From assembly GCA_027372655.1 (NCBI GenBank), contig DAICVC010000011.1, positions 72,138 through 136,137 of the forward strand: a stretch of 64,000 nucleotides of DNA, in the 5' to 3' direction. How positions within the stretch are numbered: position 1 is the stretch's first letter; the number at the start of each line of letters is the position of its first letter. The notes beneath the pieces were generated by a model. That model had not been told where the DNA came from, made no database searches, and saw only the letters and a program-made list of their open reading frames with translations. Source of the stretch: Thermoplasmatales archaeon (GTDB lineage: Archaea; Thermoplasmatota; Thermoplasmata; Thermoplasmatales; Thermoplasmataceae). A program made the position numbers and the translations under genes. Below are positions 1-9,882 of this stretch, in pieces.

Positions 1-655
1 TCACATCCTTGAATAGAAAAAGTTTCTTTGAACCTGTAATTGCACTGAGAGATGCAGCACTGTAATCGCTGGAATTTCTCCCTAATGTTTTGATTTTACC
101 CTGCTTATCCTTGCCAAAAAAACCTGTGGTTATGATATTTACATTTTGCAAATCTAGTTTCCATTCCAAAAACTTGGTTCTCGACTCATTGATTTCAATG
201 GACGGTATCCCATTGTATTCTATGACTGAAACTCCCAGTAAATCGGATGGTATATATAAAGATGGAAAACGGTGGTTTAAGAATAAATATCCAGTAGAGG
301 CAGATAATTTTTCTCCTAGGCTCAGATAATCTTCTAAATTGTAATTTCTAATTGCTTGATAAAATAGGTCAACTGAATTAAAACCATTCATTTTCAGTAA
401 CATTTCCTGTGATTCCTGAATATCTTTATTCAATTTGCTGGAGACTATATTCCTGTGTTTCTCCAGGAGATATTTTGCGAACGCTAGTTTGTTTCCATTT
501 TCAAAATTTTTAATCAGCTTATCAGTGACCCCGTCAAATGCACTGAATACAAAAATTCCACTTCCGAATTTTTCTCTGATTCTCCAGAGCTGATCATAGG
601 AATCCTGACTCTGCAGACAGGAACCCCCTATTTTGAATACTTTCCCAGAACTCAA
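1..655 (-). CDS. lysC: Aspartate kinase (partial, runs off window start)
   Basis: Not in ORF track; manual translation from TTG at 655 gives MSSGKVFKIGGSCL...VFSAFDGVTD...SLGEKLSA...TTGFFG...TLGRNSSDYSAA...FKDV, typical amino-acid kinase (AK) motifs; start overlaps asd stop. Confidence 0.9.
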   Translation of the reverse strand, partial: MSSGKVFKIGGSCLQSQDSYDQLWRIREKFGSGIFVFSAFDGVTDKLIKNFENGNKLAFAKYLLEKHRNIVSSKLNKDIQESQEMLLKMNGFNSVDLFYQAIRNYNLEDYLSLGEKLSASTGYLFLNHRFPSLYIPSDLLGVSVIEYNGIPSIEINESRTKFLEWKLDLQNVNIITTGFFGKDKQGKIKTLGRNSSDYSAASLSAITGSKKLFLFKDV

Positions 656-1662
656 ATGAGTCCCTCCATTTTTAAAACAATCTCTGCGTTTAAAATAGAC
701 GCCCCAGCAGCTCCCCTCACCAGATTGTTGACCAAAATAATCATTGATAAACGTCTTTTGTCCAATCTCACTCTTCCCACTCGTACTGCCATTTCTTTCT
801 TGTAATCCCAAAAATTGCAATCTAAAGCAGGTTGCGGCCTATCAATTTCCTTCAATAGTTCGACACTTTTTTCCGGAAGAGATGGGTAATTTCCCAAAAT
901 GTTTCCATTTTTAAATTCTTCAAAACTTTGGAGGATTTCGGGTTCTTTCACATTTTCCTTTACTCTTACGCTCAATGAAATCATATGACCACTATGAACC
1001 GGAACCCTTGTTGTGGTGCTACTTATCTCGAATTTTCCTGGATTGAAATTCTCCCTTTCCTTGAATTCCAATATTTTTAAAGTTTCCTTTCTTATCTTTT
1101 CCTCTTCTTTTGGTATATATGGAATTACATTTCCTATAATGTCCAGAGAGGGGATACCTGGATAACCTGCTCCGCTGACCGCCTGCAAGGTGGTGATTAC
1201 CATATCATTTTCCCAATAGTCAAAGGATGGGTAGCTGCCAAGGATTGCCCCGATCGTGGAGCAATTTCCATTGGCAACAATATAGCCTTTCTTGTGTTGT
1301 ATATCCATCAGTTTCTCATAATTTAATTCTGGTACAACCAGCGGTACGTCTTTCTCCATTCTGTTCCCTGAGGCATTGGTGAAAACCCGTTGATTTCTCT
1401 TTCGTAATTCTTTTTCTAAAATAGTAGAGTGCTCATCGCTAACTGCACTAAAAATTAAATCAAAGTTTTCCCTTGAGATGAGTTCAGGATCTGAGAGGTG
1501 AACTTCTTTTTCTACTGAATCCACTGTTATTTTCTTTCCATTTGAGGAGCCTGATGCGTATAATCCATCAATTTTAAACCATGGGTGGTTTTTCAATATG
1601 TCAATAAATTTTTTTCCGACAACTCCGGTAGAACCAAGAATTGCCACACTTAACTTATCCAC
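652..1662 (-). CDS. asd: Aspartate-semialdehyde dehydrogenase
   Basis: ILGSTGVVG NADP-binding, NGNCST catalytic Cys, QAVSGAGYPG, RVPVHSGH, NLVRGAAGAS. Confidence 0.95.
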   Translation of the reverse strand: MDKLSVAILGSTGVVGKKFIDILKNHPWFKIDGLYASGSSNGKKITVDSVEKEVHLSDPELISRENFDLIFSAVSDEHSTILEKELRKRNQRVFTNASGNRMEKDVPLVVPELNYEKLMDIQHKKGYIVANGNCSTIGAILGSYPSFDYWENDMVITTLQAVSGAGYPGIPSLDIIGNVIPYIPKEEEKIRKETLKILEFKERENFNPGKFEISSTTTRVPVHSGHMISLSVRVKENVKEPEILQSFEEFKNGNILGNYPSLPEKSVELLKEIDRPQPALDCNFWDYKKEMAVRVGRVRLDKRRLSMIILVNNLVRGAAGASILNAEIVLKMEGLI

Positions 1663-2234
1663 TTAGAAAACCTCAGTCATAAAGTGCTGAATATTATTAT
1701 CACTCCTGGTAATATAGTGATTTTTGGTAAGATCTGATAAACACTTTCTTTTGATTATCCTGATAACTTGTATCTTTGTGATGTTATGAGCAAAGATCAT
1801 AAAAACCTTAATTCCATAATATATTAGAAATTTTTTTAATATTAGATTACCCATCGTAATACAAACTTGATTTGTTATTAACCTGCCACCTATTTTGATT
1901 TTACTGACACCTGAAGTGTGGACTAACTTATCTGACTTATTGAATACCCATTCACCATAAACTAAATGAAGTTACTGATTTGATGACTTTATTCGATTTC
2001 CTTCTAAACCAAGTATTTACCTTAAGACTGAAAATGCTGAGTATAGTGGAATTGCTTTGTTTTACAGCATCTGTTGTCTCCAAAAGATGTCTTGACCTCT
2101 AATTCCTTGACCCTTGGGAATAAGTGTCGACATCGATCTCATTTCATTCCTTAAATTCTTAAAGGTGCGGTATATATTTTATATAGATTCTATATTAAAA
2201 TTTATTAACCTAAGTTTTAAATATTCAACTTACA

Positions 2235-2924
2235 TTGTCAAAAATGGCGAATTACCACTTTCTCAAGAAACTCATGGTTATCGGTGAAAGACAAACCTTA
2301 CAGAATATGGAAACCTATCTTTCCCTTGCTGAGGACAACTCAAAAATGCTCATTCAGATTTTCAAGGATCCATCCAAGGATATAGCGGATATTACAAGAA
2401 CCATAGGATACAATGAAAAGAAAGCTGATGAAATGACACTGGAGATGAAAAGGGAGGTCACCTCAGGAGCAATTGGGTCATCGCTTATGGATAATTTTCT
2501 CCAATTAATAGAAAAATTTGACGACATAATTGACAAAACCTACTGGATAGCAAGAGAAATGAACAGAGCTAAAGATAGTCTCATCGCAAATGGATTCCAG
2601 ATGGAGCCTATTAAGGGATTCTATGAGAATTTCCAGACAATTTTAAATAAGAATCTTTCAGCTTTACAAAATATAAAGCTAATTCTGGAGGATTCTGATA
2701 TCGAAAACGTGAAGAAAATAAGGGGTAGAATTGAAGAGCTGGAAGAAAGTGTTGATGAGGTGAAAGACAGTGTTATTGACAGATTATACAGAACCTCCGA
2801 AAGCATTTCCTACCTGATGTTTAATCACGTCAACTCCGTTGTTCATACCCTTGACGATCTTCTCGACAATTGTGAAGATATATCTGATCTTGTTCTCAAC
2901 ACAATGATGTCAGTATCAAGATGA
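2235..2924 (+). CDS. DUF47/PhoU-like phosphate transport regulator
   Basis: Helical protein with EKKADE / LEESVDE / LDDLLDNCED repeats; coupled to PiT transporter. Confidence 0.8.
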   Translation: MSKMANYHFLKKLMVIGERQTLQNMETYLSLAEDNSKMLIQIFKDPSKDIADITRTIGYNEKKADEMTLEMKREVTSGAIGSSLMDNFLQLIEKFDDIIDKTYWIAREMNRAKDSLIANGFQMEPIKGFYENFQTILNKNLSALQNIKLILEDSDIENVKKIRGRIEELEESVDEVKDSVIDRLYRTSESISYLMFNHVNSVVHTLDDLLDNCEDISDLVLNTMMSVSR

Positions 2925-3823
2925 TATTCCAAATACTGATACTTTCAATTCTAGCTATCCTTACTGCCTTTGTCGCCGGAAACAACCTTTCAGCAACGGT
3001 CGGCACAATTATTGGATCAAGAGTGGTATCAAAAATCTTTGGAATTCTAATTGGCATTTCCGGGTTGATTGCAGGCTTTCTGATAGAAGGAAAATTTTTG
3101 TCTAACTCGCTTTCAAAAATTCTTCCAGAGACAAACTACAACATTGTTGTTGTCTTGACAGTTTCGACTTTAATGTTTTTTATTGCTGCGTATGTCAGAG
3201 TTCCACTTTCACTGGTAATGGCACTGATTGGAACTTCCCTGGGAGTAGCTCTCAGAACTGGGTATAAATTTCAGGAACCATATCTTCTTCTAGTAATTCT
3301 TGCCTGGATCGTGTCTCCTGTTTTCTCAATTATATTGTCTTATTACCTCAACACGAAACTTGGAGATGCGGGAACTGTAAATGTTTGGAAGAGTGCGAGA
3401 TTCTATAAGTTGAGCTTGATCATACTCTCTTTTGTGACTTCCTTTACTCTGGGTGCAAATACGTTTGGACTCCTGGGTTCTTTTGACCCTCACAGCATGT
3501 TCACATCTCCAATTATGGTGGTGGCAATTATTTTTGGTGCAATGGTTCTCAGTAAAGGCGTTTTAAAGAGAGTTGGTCAAGACTTGTATGCAATGAGATA
3601 CAGAAACGCTCTTGTATCACTGCTGGTTTCAAGTTTACTTGTGGAAGGTGCAACTTTCATTGGAGTGCCTATTCCAAGCACCCAAGCAATGACATCTAGT
3701 GTTTTCGGTACGGGTCTATCTTATACCACCAAGGTAATCTCATTTAAACCGTTTCTGGTGGTAGTTCTCATGTGGATTGTTTCTCCATTGCTTGGTTTAT
3801 TACTTGGTTTTACATTTGCATAA
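2921..3823 (+). CDS. PiT family inorganic phosphate transporter
   Basis: Hydrophobic; GNNLSATVGT and GANTFG PiT-like signatures, GVPIPSTQ; ATGA overlap with DUF47 gene. Confidence 0.85.
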   Translation: MIFQILILSILAILTAFVAGNNLSATVGTIIGSRVVSKIFGILIGISGLIAGFLIEGKFLSNSLSKILPETNYNIVVVLTVSTLMFFIAAYVRVPLSLVMALIGTSLGVALRTGYKFQEPYLLLVILAWIVSPVFSIILSYYLNTKLGDAGTVNVWKSARFYKLSLIILSFVTSFTLGANTFGLLGSFDPHSMFTSPIMVVAIIFGAMVLSKGVLKRVGQDLYAMRYRNALVSLLVSSLLVEGATFIGVPIPSTQAMTSSVFGTGLSYTTKVISFKPFLVVVLMWIVSPLLGLLLGFTFA

Positions 3824-3832
3824 TTGTTGGTT

Positions 3833-4558
3833 TTAAAAATCATAAAGGGTAGTCTTGTTGATTTTAAGATAGTATCTTTCGTATATTTTCATAAATCTAG
3901 TTCTTGATGTTAGTATTTTACTGTCGATGTAAACACTTCCATTGATTGATTTGATTATTGAAGACTCCAATCCAACTCTTACCAGCCTCCTTATGTCATC
4001 CATCATTTCCTGATCGAGAGGTCCAAGTAGAAAGTATTCAATCTTTCTGAATATGTTCAAGACCAATTCTCCCTCTCCCCTCATACCAGCTTTGCCTACA
4101 AGTGCTTGTAAACATAGAAATTTTTCATAGATGGGCATTTCCCTATAATATGGGAATGGAAATTGCTGTACAATTTTAATCTCATTTGTACCGTTTTGAT
4201 CCCTCACGTAGATGGATAACTCTTTTTTTGAAGGTATTATTATTTCTGTTTCTAATTGATCTTCTGATACTTTATTGCTAAAGTCGAGATTGGTTCTTCC
4301 TGCCTCATTCCTGGAAGCTGGCAACTGGGAAATTACGCTATTCTTGTTTGGCAGTTTTCCTATCCATTCCAGTTGCGAGCCACTTTCGTTGACTGTTGTT
4401 ATTTTGAATTTATCATCCCCTATATCAGAATCGGTGATGCGAAATGTTGTCTTATCTTGGCTGTTAAAATAAGAAATTAAGGTTGATATTAAGAAATATA
4501 TGGTTTTCCTATTTCTTTCCTCCTTTCTTAAACCTCTAATTAGTGGATCATCTGCCAA
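3833..4558 (-). CDS. Hypothetical protein with C-terminal PIP-box-like motif (KTTLYDF)
   Basis: Long ORF; probable TTG start at 4558 after GGAGGGG SD, overlapping end of upstream ORF. Confidence 0.65.
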   Translation of the reverse strand: MADDPLIRGLRKEERNRKTIYFLISTLISYFNSQDKTTFRITDSDIGDDKFKITTVNESGSQLEWIGKLPNKNSVISQLPASRNEAGRTNLDFSNKVSEDQLETEIIIPSKKELSIYVRDQNGTNEIKIVQQFPFPYYREMPIYEKFLCLQALVGKAGMRGEGELVLNIFRKIEYFLLGPLDQEMMDDIRRLVRVGLESSIIKSINGSVYIDSKILTSRTRFMKIYERYYLKINKTTLYDF

Positions 4559-5378
4559 TAAAAACCCCTCCTGATTTCTCAATGGCTTCTGCAACATCGA
4601 TAATTAGATTTACGGAACATTGAGCAAAAACTCTCATTTTAATGGAGTCGTACGTGTGCTGAACTAATATACCTCCATTTCTTTTGCTGTCCAAGACGTA
4701 GAATATACTTGTTCCATTTCTCATTTTTCTAATTAAACTTACGCGTTTTTTCCCGATTCTCTCCAGAAGGCTTTCCAATAAACCAAATTGATTTTTAAAC
4801 TGCAAAATATTACCCGCCCTGTAAACCTTATTTTCGTTACTTTTAATTTCATTTAAGTTTACGAAGTTCATCAATGATGAGTCTAGATTTATTGCGACCC
4901 GCTCTGATGTTAGTCCCAATGTCTTGATATCGTTTGACCACAATGAAGAGTATCTACTTACCCCTATGAAAGAACCATTCTTGTGGAAAATGCAATTCTT
5001 TAGTGTGAAGCCATAATTGAGTAATTTTTCCACAATGTCGTAATCAATGTAAAAATTTTTGGAATTAAAAAGGACCTTTTCACTTCCTTTTCCTACCATC
5101 TCTAATTTTGTGATCTTGAACTCAGATGCTTCCATATCCTCCAATATTTTCAGGAAAACTGATTCTGGCATGGTGAGGGAAGTTTCTTCATCAGAACTTG
5201 ATACTCTCCTAGCGCCTCTCGCCAGAATACTTAACATGGGGCTGTACGGAAATACCACCTGTCCCTTTTCATAACTTCTTAAATCTAAATCACCCCTGTG
5301 TATAAAATCTACTATGAATATGCTGCTTTTCTTTGAAAAGTTCTCCTCTAAAATTCTTTCAATGTCTATATGATCCAA
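4548..5378 (-). CDS. Hypothetical protein
   Basis: Long ORF; start trimmed to TTG 5378 because the longer ORF overlaps the divergent MarC gene. Confidence 0.65.
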   Translation of the reverse strand: MDHIDIERILEENFSKKSSIFIVDFIHRGDLDLRSYEKGQVVFPYSPMLSILARGARRVSSSDEETSLTMPESVFLKILEDMEASEFKITKLEMVGKGSEKVLFNSKNFYIDYDIVEKLLNYGFTLKNCIFHKNGSFIGVSRYSSLWSNDIKTLGLTSERVAINLDSSLMNFVNLNEIKSNENKVYRAGNILQFKNQFGLLESLLERIGKKRVSLIRKMRNGTSIFYVLDSKRNGGILVQHTYDSIKMRVFAQCSVNLIIDVAEAIEKSGGVFIGR

Positions 5379-5473
5379 TATTCCACAATTGCTACTCTTA
5401 TTTATTTTTATTTGCAATTTTATTTTCTGATATTTTATTAAATAATTATAATAGGGGAAGGTATTGTCTTGAG

Positions 5474-6118
5474 TTGTCAATTTACATAACTCTTGAGTTC
5501 TTTGGATATTGCTTTGCTGCAATGTTTGCAATAATGAATCCAATTGGAGCAGTTCCACCAATGGTCGTCCTGACAGATGGATATTCCATAAAGGATAAGG
5601 TATCAACAGTCAGAAAAGCAATACTAATGGCTGGTGGGATGGTTTTTGGCTTTGTAGCCCTGGGTTATTACATATTTGAAGGACTGGGAATAAGCATTAA
5701 CGACTTCAAAGTAGCTGGCGGAATTTTGCTGTTCAAGGTTGCATTCGATATGCTTCAGGGAAAAATCTCAAACACAAAATTATCGAAGGAAGAAAATGAG
5801 GAGGGCAAAGATAGGGAGGATGTTGGAATAGTTCCCATAGGATCTCCTCTACTCGCCGGGCCTGGATCAATAACCACTGCTATTCTTCTCAATGAAAAAG
5901 CCTCAACATTTCAACTTAAGTTTGTTTTCATTCTGTCCATAGTCATCCTGCTTATTGTTGCCTATGTAATCCTGTACTTCTCCTCTGGCATATCTCGCAG
6001 ACTTGGAAAAACTGGAACCACTGTGATATCAAGAGTTATGGGTCTTTTACTCGCTTCTATAGCCATCGAGTTAATAACCACTGGTCTTATGGCAATTTTT
6101 ACAGGTTTCGTGCCATAA
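5474..6118 (+). CDS. MarC family membrane protein
   Basis: MNPIGAVP, AGGILL, VPIGSPLLAGPGSITT, SRVMGLLLASIAIE; start estimated at TTG 5474. Confidence 0.9.
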   Translation: MSIYITLEFFGYCFAAMFAIMNPIGAVPPMVVLTDGYSIKDKVSTVRKAILMAGGMVFGFVALGYYIFEGLGISINDFKVAGGILLFKVAFDMLQGKISNTKLSKEENEEGKDREDVGIVPIGSPLLAGPGSITTAILLNEKASTFQLKFVFILSIVILLIVAYVILYFSSGISRRLGKTGTTVISRVMGLLLASIAIELITTGLMAIFTGFVP

Positions 6119-6120
6119 GT

Positions 6121-6798
6121 CTAGTATCTCAACATCTGCAGGACATTGTTTATTTCCTTGTAGCTGATCTGCCCTTCAGCTACAGATTTATCAAAATAGG
6201 AATAAACAAAGTCACTGACAGTGAGTGCTGAAATTATTCTTTTCTTGGAACCGTCTGGACCCTGTGGTACAATGGAAATAGACATATTTCCCCCTAACTC
6301 GCTGAATGCTCTCACCACTTCAAAGAAAAAACCATCAGTAAAATGAGTGGCCAGTTTTATTGACCTACACCCAATGTTCTTAATCTCATTGAATAGACCA
6401 AAAATTTCTATTTCATTGCTAAAATGAGATGATATGATGACCCTTTCTTCATTTCCCCTTATTTTTCCTTCATCATATTGAGAAAGATCCAAATCGATCA
6501 TTATATTTGGAAATTCGAGTGCTATATCATAATACAAATTTGAAATGTATTTATCCGAACTGCGAAATGTGAAAATTGCATTCATCGATAAACCTTCAAT
6601 TTTTCTTAGATAATTTTTGAGCTCAGTCCTACCTTTACTTCCTGATAAGTCCCATCTGATCTCTGGAATAAATTTAATTAGTTTCCTTTCACTTTCAATT
6701 CGACGTAACTGATCATTACTCTCCAGTTCTGGAATTACTGTTGCGATTATTTCGGGTTTTCCGTTTTCCCTTTTTAGATCTTTATAAGTGAATGTCAT
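6121..6798 (-). CDS. aroD: Type I 3-dehydroquinate dehydratase (divergent)
   Basis: EIRWD, IFTFR, IDLD, IISSH, IKLA (Schiff-base Lys), AEGQ motif order matches type I DHQase. Confidence 0.7.
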   Translation of the reverse strand: MTFTYKDLKRENGKPEIIATVIPELESNDQLRRIESERKLIKFIPEIRWDLSGSKGRTELKNYLRKIEGLSMNAIFTFRSSDKYISNLYYDIALEFPNIMIDLDLSQYDEGKIRGNEERVIISSHFSNEIEIFGLFNEIKNIGCRSIKLATHFTDGFFFEVVRAFSELGGNMSISIVPQGPDGSKKRIISALTVSDFVYSYFDKSVAEGQISYKEINNVLQMLRY

Positions 6799-6946
6799 TT
6801 TTCCAGCTTAAAATTGTTAACTGATATAATAAGTTTGAAAAATATTCTTCAGCTTACCTTGAAATTATTATATCCTAGCATAGGATTATCTAGTGTTGAG
6901 GATTACCGAAAACAAGATTCTGAATATACTGGAGGTTTTGAATAAG

Positions 6947-7216
6947 ATGGACATGATCGAAATAAAAAAGGGAGGAAAGTACAAAGTGATATCGAATAGT
7001 GGAAAAGATGAACCAATGGAAACCAGTGGAGAGTTTGTAGGATACACAATACTCGGAGAGGAAGGAGCATTGGTTTTTAAGATAGATGCAAATAAAAAAT
7101 CCACCTTCAGATTGATACCCGTTTCCAATCTTATTGCAATTGAATTTGGTGAAACTGAACTGGTAACACAAAAGAAGGAGAATGGAGCAAAGGAGACTGT
7201 TAACTACATTAGCTGA
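6947..7216 (+). CDS. Small hypothetical beta-rich protein
   Basis: ATG 6947 after GGAGG SD; Sm-like/beta-barrel-looking pattern (GEFVGY...FRLIPVSNLIAIEF). Confidence 0.65.
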   Translation: MDMIEIKKGGKYKVISNSGKDEPMETSGEFVGYTILGEEGALVFKIDANKKSTFRLIPVSNLIAIEFGETELVTQKKENGAKETVNYIS

Positions 7217-7278
7217 TTCTGAATTCCTTCAAATAAAAAATAAAGAACGCTTAATTACTCCACTTAATTAACCCACTT

Positions 7279-7653
7279 ATGGAGAAAATTCCTGCAGATT
7301 TTAAATATACAAAAACCCATGAATGGATTAAGGGTGAGGAGGGAATAGTGGAGATTGGAATAACTGATTTTGCCCAGAGACAGTTAACTGACATTGTTTT
7401 TGTAGATCTACCCAAACCTGGAAAGGTCGTTAGGAATGGGGAAGTCTTGCTTTCAGTAGAATCAGTTAAATCAGCGGAAGATGTCTTTTGCCCGGTTAAC
7501 GGGGAAGTGGTTCAGACCAATGATATTCTTGTAAACAAACCTGAATCTATTAATGAAGATCCATATGGAACATGGCTTGTGAGGATAAAATTAAGTTCTA
7601 AAGCAGAAAATCTATTGACTCCGGAGAAATATAGAGAATTAATTGAGAAATGA
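7279..7653 (+). CDS. gcvH: Glycine cleavage system H protein
   Basis: YTKTHEW, GITDFAQ, VESVKSA lipoyl-Lys motif, INEDPYG. Confidence 0.95.
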   Translation: MEKIPADFKYTKTHEWIKGEEGIVEIGITDFAQRQLTDIVFVDLPKPGKVVRNGEVLLSVESVKSAEDVFCPVNGEVVQTNDILVNKPESINEDPYGTWLVRIKLSSKAENLLTPEKYRELIEK

Positions 7654-8237
7654 AGGATCATAAGGATAAATATTATAAATTGGCAAAAAAGACTGGATAC
7701 AGAAGCCGTGCTGCCTACAAGTTGCTAGAGATTAATGGAAAATTCGGCATTTTAGACAGAGCAAGAAAAGTAATTGAGATTGGTTCTTCCCCTGGAGGTT
7801 GGACTGATGTACTTCTGGAAACAGAGCCTGAATTCTTATTATGCGTTGATATAGCAGGGAAAAAAACTGACGACTTTCCAATCTTCGTGAAAGGGGATGT
7901 AACAAAGGAGAATACTTGGGTTGATGTTAAGGATAAATTATCTGGCCTGAAGGTTGATTTAATCCTTTCCGATGCAATGGCACATACAACAGGACAGCAT
8001 GACAGGGATCATTCACTCTCCATAGATATTTGCAATTCAATAGTAGATCAGGGCATTAAAGTTCTTCGAGTGGGTGGGAATATGCTGCTGAAACAGTTTC
8101 AGGGACAGTATACCAAGGAATTTGTGGATAAATACAAGGGTTACTTTAAGAGAAATTACATAACCAAGCCAAGTGTTTCCAGAAGTGAAAGCAGCGAGAT
8201 CTATATCTTTTTTGCAGGTCTAATTGATTCACATTGA
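7650..8237 (+). CDS. rlmE: 23S rRNA U2552 2'-O-methyltransferase (RlmE/FtsJ)
   Basis: GYRSRAAYKL, GSSPGGW, LSDAM, SRSESSEIY. Confidence 0.92.
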   Translation: MKDHKDKYYKLAKKTGYRSRAAYKLLEINGKFGILDRARKVIEIGSSPGGWTDVLLETEPEFLLCVDIAGKKTDDFPIFVKGDVTKENTWVDVKDKLSGLKVDLILSDAMAHTTGQHDRDHSLSIDICNSIVDQGIKVLRVGGNMLLKQFQGQYTKEFVDKYKGYFKRNYITKPSVSRSESSEIYIFFAGLIDSH

Positions 8238-8867
8238 TCTGACCTTTGTCTTAATGGATTCAGAAAATTCATACTCAATGATTGCGAAAATTCTTTCTTC
8301 GGTTGACTCGGAGAAGTGACTTTCCAAATTGTTAAGGATCGCTTCCTCCCTCAGTCTTTCCATTTTGTTCATTGCCCTCGTTCTCTCCATTTCCTGCTTC
8401 CAATCCATAACAAATTCTTCAGGAGAATGAAGATTGAAATTCTTGTGCTTCAATTTCCTTTTTTTTGTTATGTAACCCACCATCTGGGATACCGAGTATT
8501 CCTCTTCATAATGGTTTCCAAATGTTTCTTCATCAAGATCGAGTCCAACTACAGGGATTGACTTAGATTGAGCGTAAAGTACGGCCTGAGTGAATATTGG
8601 GGGAGGTGTCTCAACTTCTCCAAATTTAAGGAGGATTGTTCCGTAAATAAGCTCAAAGTCACTCATTTGAATTTCAAAAGGATCCTTTACAAATTCCATT
8701 AATCCCGTTGCCTCCTCTGGAGATATGCCTATCAGTATTTTACCAGGTTCGAAGGACACCATCAGATCCTTCAGCTTTTCACCCTCAGATACCAGCCCTT
8801 TAATTCCAAGGGCAACAATCATTCTCTTTTTTCCTCTTTTTACCTCGAGAACTTCCATGAAAATCAA
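8229..8867 (-). CDS. Hypothetical protein
   Basis: 212-aa ORF translationally coupled to the upstream HTH gene. Confidence 0.7.
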   Translation of the reverse strand: MIFMEVLEVKRGKKRMIVALGIKGLVSEGEKLKDLMVSFEPGKILIGISPEEATGLMEFVKDPFEIQMSDFELIYGTILLKFGEVETPPPIFTQAVLYAQSKSIPVVGLDLDEETFGNHYEEEYSVSQMVGYITKKRKLKHKNFNLHSPEEFVMDWKQEMERTRAMNKMERLREEAILNNLESHFSESTEERIFAIIEYEFSESIKTKVRSM

Positions 8868-9823
8868 TAACCGCTTTCTTTGACAGATTCTATCTTTCTT
8901 CTTATGCTTTCGGAATTTTCAATGGATTTTAGTTCACTTAGAGAAAATATTGAAACACCCCCTATGCTGTCTCTAAATGTGTTTTCTATTGAAATAACAA
9001 CAGGATCCCTCTCCAAAATATTGCAGAGATTTTTAAGGGTAGAAATTCTTCTTTCTATGTAGTTTTCTCCCTGATTTATGTCCATTACGAATAGAGATTC
9101 CTTTTTTTCTTCTGAGATTGCGTCGAAGGGAGATTTACTAAAGAACTCGGTCAGAAGACCAATACCCTTCAGTGTTTCCCTTACCTGCCCCATAAATCCG
9201 GTCAAATATTCTTCATCATTCTCGGGTTCCTTTACCCACTGCTTACAAATTTCCATTATGTCTAGACTTGTGCTTAAATCTTCTTCCATTAATTCACTTA
9301 ATTTTCTGTATACATCCAGCGTAGTGGAATTTCCTGTTTCATACAGAGAAATTGACCTTCTGGAAATACCTATTTTGCCCGACAGGTATCCTATGGACTT
9401 TCCCTTGCTTGTTCTCAGCTCCTGCATTTTTTTACCGTCTATGTGCACATAATAACCGCCAGGACCCGAGTAAGTTACTGGTTTTTTGCCTTCAATATAT
9501 TCCCTGAACGTCCACATATTCATAATCGGTATTTGATACCTGAAATACATTACTCCATCTTCAAGTATACCTGTTCCAGATCTTGATCCTATAACAAGTA
9601 CTTGCATTTCCAGTCGTATGGAGATCCTTTTTAGATCATTTGCAATTTCGGGCTTAAGGGTGTCAATGTTATAGATAATTTTGATTGCCATAATCTCATT
9701 ATCCCTTTTAGCAACTATATCAAAGGATATGGCTCCATCTAAGTCCATTCTAATTGGAGTGTATCCTCCCTTGGAACTTTCCTCCAAGACTTTCCTGATT
9801 GCCCAAGTTTTAAAATCTTCCAA
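8864..9823 (-). CDS. Archaeal HTH transcriptional regulator (COG1395-like)
   Basis: SFDIVAKR, LEDGVMYFRYQIP, GPGGYYV, central Cro/C1 HTH (GISRRSISLYE), PFDAI. Confidence 0.85.
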   Translation of the reverse strand: MEDFKTWAIRKVLEESSKGGYTPIRMDLDGAISFDIVAKRDNEIMAIKIIYNIDTLKPEIANDLKRISIRLEMQVLVIGSRSGTGILEDGVMYFRYQIPIMNMWTFREYIEGKKPVTYSGPGGYYVHIDGKKMQELRTSKGKSIGYLSGKIGISRRSISLYETGNSTTLDVYRKLSELMEEDLSTSLDIMEICKQWVKEPENDEEYLTGFMGQVRETLKGIGLLTEFFSKSPFDAISEEKKESLFVMDINQGENYIERRISTLKNLCNILERDPVVISIENTFRDSIGGVSIFSLSELKSIENSESIRRKIESVKESGY

Positions 9824-9882
9824 TTCGCATGCTGATCTCTAAAGAAGTATATTATTTTTATTCCAAATTCTAAAAGGTTTTT

